Below, piece by piece: positions 1-8,507 of a stretch of 16,549 nt of DNA. Position numbers and translations under genes: made by a program. Under the pieces are notes generated by a model. That model did not search any database, was not told the origin of the DNA, and saw only the letters and a program-made list of their open reading frames with translations. This stretch comes from Vitrella brassicaformis CCMP3155. Taxonomy: Eukaryota; Protista; Chromerida. The stretch is taken from the NCBI GenBank assembly GCA_001179505.1, contig CDMY01000829.1, positions 1-16,549 of the forward strand, given 5' to 3'. The stretch's first letter is position 1. Every line of letters begins with the position of its first letter.

Positions 1-1240
1 AGGCAGACAGAGGGAGGGAGGGAGAGAGAGAGAGAGAGAGGAGATGCTTTCATTGGCACCCATGCTTGTGGTGTGCGCGTGTATCATTTTCTGCAGGTCT
101 GGGTACGATGAAGCTGCAGATGGATTGGATTGGCCTCGATGTGTACGGCCACGTCGGTTACGGCAACTCGTACGCCTTCTACTCGCAGAAACGCAAACTG
201 GCGGTGGTGGGCACTGTCAACAATGAGGGCCGGGGGCTTTGGACTCGCAGCGTGGTGCCCATCCTCGAGGCCGTCGAGGCCTTCCTGCAGCGACACTCGC
301 CGCAGGCCTCTGAGTCATGACTGATATGAATGCAACGTGTGACGTGTGGGCATTTATCTGTCTGTCTGTCTGTCTTTTATTGGTCATTTCTCCAGCGAGG
401 CTGCATGACGCACACACTGACAGACAGGCGGTCGTCAGCCGGTGTGTGTGGCTTGTTGCGTGGCGGGACGGGAGTGTGTGTGTGTGTGTGTGTTTGCGTG
501 TATGTATGTGTCGTTGAAAGGTGTTGCCAGCGCAGCACTTGACATGGATGGCTGGGTGGGACTCTCACCTCCGTGTGGGAGTTAGTTTTGACGGCCCGTG
601 AGCTGCACGAGTTGCATCGCGGGCGGCGTCGGTCGGTGGATTTTTGATCATTGCTATGTTGATAGCATGTGGGTGGACGAACAGTTTTCGGTTATGTGTC
701 TTCAGGACATCATCATTTTGTAGCTTACCAGGTCCCTATCACTTAGCCGGGCACGCAGCAGCTTGTCTCAGTCCGTCGTGCCGCAGAATTGCGTGTCTGT
801 GTGTGTGTGTGTGTGTGTGTATGTGTGTCTGTCCGTTGTTGATGTGAGCGTGTCTGAGTGTATCTGTTTGGGTGCGTTTCTCTGTCTGTCAGTGCGTTTC
901 TGTGTCTGTCTGTCTACTGTGTGTTTATCTGTTTGTGTATGTGTGGCTGATTCAGCCAAAGCGTGTCCTACTCACGCATCGCACGTGCCAAAGGCTGAGG
1001 CGCGGGCATCGATGTGCCTGCCTCGGCCATGCTCTGTGCATGTCGCCAGTCATGTTAGCTGTGTTTGGGAGAGTGGACTATGTGAAACTGCCGTGGGGCA
1101 TTAATTAAGGTGGCTGCTACACGCATCGCAAAGAAGGAGGCTTGGTAATGTCTTCAAGCAAACAGTGCCGATGGCCTGGTGTCGGAACGATTCTGTGCGT
1201 CGAGAGCGGGTGTGTCTGCCACGTGCTGCCGCACACCAAC
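1..1240 (+). repeat. Tandem segmental duplication: 1-~1240 is homologous to 5074-~6273 (last intron, last exon and 3' flank of the hydrolase gene)
   Basis: Direct visual alignment: AGGCAGACAGAGGGAG at 1 and 5074, colinear through GGTGTGTCTGCCACGTGC (~1209-1226 vs 6244-6261). Scattered substitutions, indels and microsatellite length differences; end point approximate. Confidence 0.92.
97..320 (+). CDS. Last exon of beta-lactamase/DD-peptidase-family serine hydrolase, tandem paralog copy A (rest of gene lies upstream of the window)
   Basis: Acceptor TTTTCTGCAG ends at 96. The phase-1 exon reads (G)LGTMKLQMDWIGLDVYGHVGYGNSYAFYSQKRKLAVVGTVNNEGRGLWT...HSPQASES, stop TGA 318-320. Near-identical to exon 7 (5178-5398) of copy B and contains the HxG motif III. 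Confidence 0.88.
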
Positions 1241-2453
1241 CGCATTCACTGAGTTTCCATACCCCATGCGTCAGCAGCGCTCAGATGAGCACGGCAGCCG
1301 CCTCAAGACGCACTTGCAATGGGAAGAATGCCTCTCAGCTCAGGACCAGCTCAGCGATCGCGATGAGCGAATGTTAGAAGCGCAAAAGGAGGAGAGAGAG
1401 CCCTCAGGAGATCTGCAGCAGAGAGGCTCACAAGTGCACTGCCTCATCGCACCACNNNNNNNNNNNNNNNNNNNNNNNNNNNNNNNNNNNNNNNNNNNNN
1501 NNNNNNNNNNNNNNNNNNNNNNNNNNNNNNNNNNNNNNNNNNNNNNNNNNNNNNNNNNNNNNNNNNNNNNNNNNNNNNNNNNNNNNNNNNNNNNNNNNNN
1601 NNNNNNNNNNNNNNNNNNNNNNNNNNNNNNNNNNNNNNNNNNNNNNNNNNNNNNNNNNNNNNNNNNNNNNNNNNNNNNNNNNNNNNNNNNNNNNNNNNNN
1701 NNNNNNNNNNNNNNNNNNNNNNNNNNNNNNNNNNNNNNNNNNNNNNNNNNNNNNNGCAGCTTGTCTCAGTCCGTCGTGCCGCAGAATTGCGTGTCTGTGT
1801 GTGTGTGTGTGTGTGTGTATGTGTGTCTGTCCGTTGTTGATGTGAGCGTGTCTGAGTGTATCTGTTTGGGTGCGTTTCTCTGTCTGTCAGTGCGTTTCTG
1901 TGTCTGTCTGTCTACTGTGTGTTTATCTGTTTGTGTATGTGTGGCTGATTCAGCCAAAGCGTGTCCTACTCACGCATCGCACGTGCCAAAGGCTGAGGCG
2001 CGGGCATCGATGTGCCTGCCTCGGCCATGCTCTGTGCATGTCGCCAGTCATGTTAGCTGTGTTTGGGAGAGTGGACTATGTGAAACTGCCGTGGGGCATT
2101 AATTAAGGTGGCTGCTACACGCATCGCAAAGAAGGAGGCTTGGTAATGTCTTCAAGCAAACAGTGCCGATGGCCTGGTGTCGGAACGATTCTGTGCGTCG
2201 AGAGCGGGTGTGTCTGCCACGTGCTGCCGCACACCAACCGCATTCACTGAGTTTCCATACCCCATGCGTCAGCAGCGCTCAGATGAGCACGGCAGCCGCC
2301 TCAAGACGCACTTGCAATGGGAAGAATGCCTCTCAGCTCAGGACCAGCTCAGCGATCGCGATGAGCGAATGTTAGAAGCGCAAAAGGAGGAGAGAGAGCC
2401 CTCAGGAGATCTGCAGCAGAGAGGCTCACAAGTGCACTGCCTCATCGCACCAC
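758..2453. other. Scaffold gap (300 N, 1456-1755) flanked by an apparently identical 698-bp direct duplicate (758-1455 = 1756-2453); probable unmerged contig overlap
   Basis: Constant offset of 998 in sequence and ORF track (768/1766, 872/1870, 1165/2163). The (GT)11 run has the same length in both copies. Duplicate ends coincide exactly with the gap edges. Confidence 0.9.
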
Positions 2454-3343
2454 ATCGAGCGCATCTGCAGATGCAAAGGGATTTTTAGTTGGCTTACACG
2501 GAAGCATGGGCCAGCACGTCTGATCTAGAGTCGGTACATGTATGGATTTTCACACACGCAAAGACACAAGCAATCGCAGAAACACATGCGCACCATACGA
2601 CATGGATGATAGCAGCAGTCTGACATAAACCGAACAGCCCATCAAACGCAATCACACAAGGAAAGGGATGAGTCGGCATCCGATGGTGATTCCTCTCCGT
2701 GCTTCATTTCTTTTCCTCTCATCGTCGCTCGTGGCTTGCTCGCCCCTCCAGCGCATCTTGCAGCCCGCCAACGATACGTGGAGATTTCCCCCTTCTCTCC
2801 CTCACCCTCTTCGTTTTTTTTTGTTTGTCTTTTTCACCCTCTTCGTTCCCTCTGCACCTCTTCGTTATCCGGATTTTCTGACCGTGCCTCTTTCTTGTGA
2901 AATCGGCGCGTGGGGCGTTGCTGTGACCTCTCAGCGGACCAAAGTAAGCAGCGGAGATCTCTTCACTTCGAAGGTCACAAGGGCTTCGGTTAGGGTGTTG
3001 CGCGTGAAACCGCTGCTGCTTCAACTCCAAGCTCGCACGTTTCGGAGGAGATCGGGAGGGTCTCTCCCTTTGAGCGACAGATCTGGTGACGGAGAAGGGT
3101 CGTGGGACAAGAGCTGCACGAAAACCCCCCCTCACTGCCTCTCTCCTCGCTGCATCTGACTCTCGACCTCTCCTGATCTCCACAAGGCGGCAACTCCCCG
3201 AAGAGATCTCGTGTGCGAACCGCACCCCCGAAGCAGCGACTCTGCAACTCTCTCCTGGTGGTTTGGCATGTCATCGTCTTCATCCCCCCCCCTCGCAGGT
3301 CGCATCTGACCAAACCGACGTTTCCGCAGCCGCAACGTTCGAC

Positions 3344-5398
3344 ATGCCGACAGCCATCGCGTCAGACGGCGCCAGCAAGATGACCAAGCGTGGGGTGAGT
3401 TCTTCTGGGACCACCACCGTGTGCCGCCAGCGCATGTGGAGGTGGCTGGGGGGAGGTGCGGTGGCTGTGGTGCTGACGGTGGTGGTGGTGTTCTTGGCTG
3501 TCTGGCAAACGCGTAAGAGCTGGGAGAGTGGGGACCAGGATGGCAGGGTGGATGAGGGAGATGCGGTGAGGGGCGAGAGTTTGGTTGGGAGTGACACCCT
3601 CCTGCCACAAGTGCTCGAAGAGTTCGTCGTCGAAACCCAGTGCGACTCGCTGTTCGACTGCTGTGACTTCTTCCCGTCCGACAACATCACTGAATCCGCT
3701 GAGGTAGCACCGACGCACACGCACACACGAGTACGGGTTGGAGGATTGTCACCGTGTGGCTGTCTTGCGTGTCTACCTGTCTGTGTGTGGTCTCGCCAGG
3801 CATGCATCGCGCTCTTCAACGCCCTGCAGGTAGATAGAGGCATCACAGACAGTCACACCAGTCACACACAAAGCACCCGCCCAGCTACGCTCACTTCTTG
3901 TGTTTCCTCGTCCCTCAGAAAGTGCTGGACAAACAAGTGCGACGCAACCGCGGCAAGGGTGGCGGCGTCGCGCGCGTCGAGTCCACCGACAAGGGCATCC
4001 TCTGGCAGTCAACCTCCGGCCGCCTGTACGGGGGGGCAGACGCACCCGACATGACCCTTGACACGCTCTTCGAGATCGCCAGCATCACCAAGACCGTCAC
4101 GGCAGCCGTGGTGCTGAAGCTCGTTGAGGCGGGGAGGATCTCTTTGCGGGACGAGGTGGTGGACCTGCTGCCCGACGGTGCGGTTCCCGAGGGCCTGCTG
4201 ACTGTCAACGGGACGGACGGGACGGTCAACCTGACCGTGTGGCACCTGCTGTCGCACCGGGGAGGGCTGCCCGACTTCTGGGACAACTGGAACTTCCTGG
4301 AAGAGTACGACGCCGACCCCAACTATGACTGGACGCCGCAGGAGACCATCGCCTGGGCCGCCGCAATGGACAAGGAATTCCCGCCACAGACGTCAATTAA
4401 GGGTGGGTGGTGATCTCGATGCACACACGAAGGACGATGGAAACATACGCAGTACAGCCGCACACCCGTACAAGAGCTGTGTGCATGATGATGATCAACA
4501 GGCAACTTTGCGTACGGCGACACCAACTATGTGATTTTGGGTCTGCTGGTGGAGCACCTCACCGGCAAGGCGCTCCACAAGGTCTTCAGGGAGGCCATCT
4601 TCGACCCACTGGACATGAACTCCACTTACATGAGCTACAAGGAAGAGCCCAGGTGAGCTGCCCTGACAAACCAGACGACCTGACAAACCACCCACACGCA
4701 TCGGGGGTATGTTTGTGCATGTGTTGGGTCGGCAGGACGGATGCGCCTCTGTCGCACCGGTATGGATATGACTCGGAAGACCTGCACAACGTCACAAGGC
4801 AGGCGGCCGACTGGGCCAGCGGAGGACTCATCAGGTAATGAATACTACACACGAATGACAACCTTGCTGTGTCCCGGCCCCATTGCGTACACCTGCGATG
4901 GTTTCGTATGACTGATGCAGTGACGTGCATGACACGAGCATCTTCATCCGCGGCTTCATGGAGGGCCGCATTATCAGCCCCGACACACTGGCAAACGCCC
5001 TCGACGCGGGGCAGGCAGCTTCCTCCTTCAGCAATGCTGAATGGATCTACTACGGTAAAACGACCACTGACACAGGCAGACAGAGGGAGAGAGAGAGAGA
5101 GAGAGAGAGAGGAGATGCTTTCATTGGCACCCATGCTTGTGGTGTGTGGGTGTGTGCGCGTGTATCACTTTCTGCAGGTCTGGGTACGATGGAGCTGCAG
5201 ATGGATTGGATTGGCCTCGGCTATGTTTACGGCCACGTCGGTTACGGCAACTCGTACGCCTTCTACTCGCAGAAACGCAAACTGGCGGTGGTGGGCACTG
5301 TCAACAATGAGGAGGGGGCTTGGACTCGCAGCGTGGTGCCCATCCTCGAGGCCGTCGAGGCCTTCCTGCAGCGACAGTCACCTGCCTCTGAGTCATAA
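3344..5398 (+). CDS. Type II membrane-anchored beta-lactamase/DD-peptidase-family (PF00144-like) serine hydrolase, copy B, 7 exons, ~492 aa
   Basis: Exons 3344-3703, 3800-3829, 3919-4402, 4502-4652, 4736-4834, 4921-5054, 5178-5398. All introns GT-AG with consistent phases; total 1479 nt. Motifs: FEIA-SITK (SxxK, 4081-4092), LLSHRGGL, YGDTNY (motif II, 4513-4530), WASGGLIS, YYGLG, GHVG (motif III, 5231-5242). Hydrophobic segment at residues 34-54 (3443-3505). Start codon is the least certain part. Confidence 0.88.
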
Positions 5399-6568
5399 CT
5401 GATATGAATGCAACGTGTGACGTGTGGGCATTTATCTGTCTGTCTGTCTGTCTTTTATTGGTCATTTCTCCAGCGAGGCTGCATGACGCACACACTGACA
5501 GACAGGCGGTCGTCAGCCGGTGTGTGTGGCTTGTTGCGTGGCGGGACGGGAGTGTGTGTGTGTGTTTGCGTGTATGTATGTGTCGTTGAAAGGTGTTGCC
5601 AGCGCTCTGAATGGATGGCTGGGTGGGACTCTCACCTCCGTGTGGGAGTTAGTTTTACGGCCCGTGAGCTGCACGAGTTGCATCGCGGGCGGCGTCGGTC
5701 GGTGGATTTTTGATCATTGCTATGTTGATAGCATGTGGGTGGACGAACAGTTTTCGGTTATGTGTCGTCAGGACATCATCATTTTGTAGCTTACCAGGTC
5801 CCTATCACTTAGCCGGGCACGCAGCAGCTTGTCTCAGTCCGTCGTGCCGCAGAATTGCGTGTCTGTGTGTCTGTCCGTTGTTGATGTGAGCGTGTCTGTG
5901 TGTATCTGTTTGGGTGCGTTTCTCTGTCTGTCAGTGCGTTTCTGTGTCTGTCTGTCTACTGTGTGTTTATCTGTTTGTGTATGTGTGGCTGATTCAGCCA
6001 AAGCGTGTCCTACTCACGCATCGCACGTGCCAAAGGCTGAGGCGCGGGCATCGATGTGCCTGCCTCGGCCATGCACTGAGTGTCTGTGCATGTCGCCAGT
6101 CATGTTAGCTGTGTTTGGGAGAGTGGACTATGTGAAACTGCCGTGGGGCATTAATTAAGGTGGCTGCTACACGCATCGCAAAGAAGGAGGCTTGGTTACC
6201 CCTTCAACAGTGCCAATGGCCTGCTGAACGATTCTGTGCGTCCGGTGTGTCTGCCACGTGCAGCCCAGCACCATCCATACATCCTATCCTCGCCCACCTT
6301 GATCACTGTCGCAATGCCTGGACGGCCTTCCGAGAGCTGGAGAATGTGTGTAGGAGGTGGACTGACGAACGCACTGAGGTTTCACCGGAAAGTCCAGAGG
6401 GTAAGCACCAGCCCAGCTGACTCACTGACGACAGGTCCCACCTCCGGTGAAGGCCAGAAGGTATCCTCCAGGCCCAGTCAACCAAGTTTCAACACACTGG
6501 CCGGAAAACGGGAAAATTTACAGAGCCGTTTGCAGTTGTACGGCCCTGGCTTTCCTCGCGCTGCGTGC

Positions 6569-8507
6569 ATGTCGTCCTTCCTACCTATGCTAGGCCGCCT
6601 GTGCGGCACTGTCCAGTTCCTCTGTTTCTTCATCTACTCGCTCCTCATCTCAGTCTGGGAGACATTCGGCGGCTGCAAAGTGAGGCGGCGACGCGTTACA
6701 CACAACACACCTTCGCCGGAGGATCAGCAGGACGGCAAGCAGCAGCTTGACACGGGAAAGGCCACCATCCAGCAGCAGCAATCGACGTGTATTTCCATCA
6801 ATGACGACTCCACCACTCTCGACGACCCCGGCAGCCCCTCGTCCATCCCCTCAACTGCCACCCACACATGGGCCTCCCCCCCACGACCCTCCTCGCCCGA
6901 CAAATCCAAGAAGCAGCAGCAGCAGGGACAGCAGTCGGCGTCAGAGAAGCCACCGTGCGGCGATCGGTACAACGTGTTCGGCGGTCCCAAACGAGAGGGT
7001 GTGAGGCGCATTCTCATCGTCCTCTCGGACACGGGCGGCGGACACAAGACGGCCGCCCTCTCTCTGGAGCAGGCATTCGACCACCTCTACGGCAACAATG
7101 GCGACGATGCCGATGCCGCTGCTGCGCGGCAGGTGAAGAGGGTGCTCATGGAGGAGTGGGAGGGCGGCGAGGGGGTGCAGCTGGAGATCAGGGCCGTCGA
7201 CGTCTGGACGGACTTCGCCAGATACCCCTTCAACGAGTTCGTGTGGTACTTCCGCTTCTATGCTGCAAGGCCACAGGTGGGTGGGATGGGGCGGACACGG
7301 AACGAGGAATGCTTACTCACCTTGGTATCTCTCTCTCTCTCTCTGTGTGGCTTGTGTGTGCGTATGTCAGCTGTGGGTGTTCTTCTACTCGCTGTTCACC
7401 CTATGGCCATTCAAGCGCTTCGCCGAGGCGTGGGGTTTCCACCACAACTACGACCACTTCGCCAGGCTCCTCCAGGCGTCCCAGCCCGACCTGCTTCTGT
7501 CCGTCCACCCCCTCTGCCAACACCCCTTCCTCCGCACCATGGCCACCATCGGCATGCACAACGTCCCCCTCGTCACCGTCGTCACTGACCTCCAGACACC
7601 ACACATCTTCTGGTGGGCGCCCGGCGTCCACACCTACTTCGTCCCCTCCGACGCCGTCCGGACCCTCGCACTCAAGCAGCCCTTCATCGACGAGTCGCAA
7701 GTCAGAGTCCGCGGCCTGCCTCTGCGCAAGGGCTTCTGGAGCACCGAGCGATCGACGAGCAAGCAGGCGATGCGCGCGGCTTTGGGGTGGAGGGAGGACG
7801 CCGCCACGTGTCTGGTGATCGGCGGGGGTGAGGGCATCGGCGGCCTCGCGGCAACGGTGCGTGCCATCGTCAGCCAGCTCAAGCGCCACAAGAGCCCCCC
7901 CATCAGCACCAGCAACAAGGGCGGCGATGAGGAGAAGGGCAGCGGCATTCCCTCGTCTTCGCCGGCCTCGTACCAGCTGATCGTCGTGTGTGGTCGCAAC
8001 GACGGCGTCAAGAACAAGCTGGAGCGGCTCTTCCCGCCCAAATCGCATCATCATGCGTCCAGAAGGCCTCATCTCTCAAAGTCAGAGAAGAAGCCTCTGG
8101 TGTCCCAGCGCGCCAAGGCGGGCGCCGTGTGGGTGGGCATCTACGGCTTCGTCGACAACATGTCCGACGTCATGGCCGCCGCAGACTGCCTCGTCACCAA
8201 GGCGGGGCCAGGCACCATCGCCGAGGCCTGCACACAGGGCCTCCCAGTGCTGCTGTCGTCCTACCTTCCGGGGCAGGAGACGGGCAACATTCCTTTTGTC
8301 GAGGACGGCAGGTTCGGCGCGTATGCGCCGAGAAAGGACGCCTTGGGGCGGGCGGTGCGGCGGTGGCTGGATGACCCCGACATGCGGGATGAGATGGGGA
8401 GGAGGGCCATCGAGAAGGCCACGCCCAGCGCCACCCTCCAGATCGCCAGGGAGATCGGCGACGGCATCGTGGGACTCAGACCGCAGCAACAGCAGCCACA
8501 GCAATAG
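6569..8507 (+). CDS. MGD: Monogalactosyldiacylglycerol synthase (GT28 family), 2 exons, ~614 aa
   Basis: Exons 6569-7276 and 7371-8507, phase-0 GT-AG intron of 94 nt. Hallmark MGD motifs: ILIVLSDTGGGH, DVWTD..YPFN, QPDLLLSVHPLCQH, TVVTDL, GLPLRKGF, GGGEGIG, VVCGRN, GFVDNM, DCLVTKAGPGTIAEA, GQETGNIPFV. An upstream in-frame ATG exists at 6314. Confidence 0.93.

Noticed and set aside
317-1108. ORFs rich in VCVC/LSVC/HTHT/QTDR (also 5400-6160 and 8500-11600)
   Set aside because: They are translations of GT/AC/CAGA microsatellites, with no domain motifs or consistent splice phases.
1179-2102. 307-aa ORF in the track
   Set aside because: It runs through 300 Ns and the false duplicate, so it is a chimeric artefact.
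2461-2474. Perfect 14-bp palindrome GCATCTGCAGATGC
   Set aside because: About one is expected by chance in 16.5 kb (16500/4^7).
2668-3225. 163-aa plus and 168-aa minus ORFs upstream of the hydrolase
   Set aside because: They derive from a pyrimidine/purine tract and have no recognisable motifs; more likely promoter or UTR.
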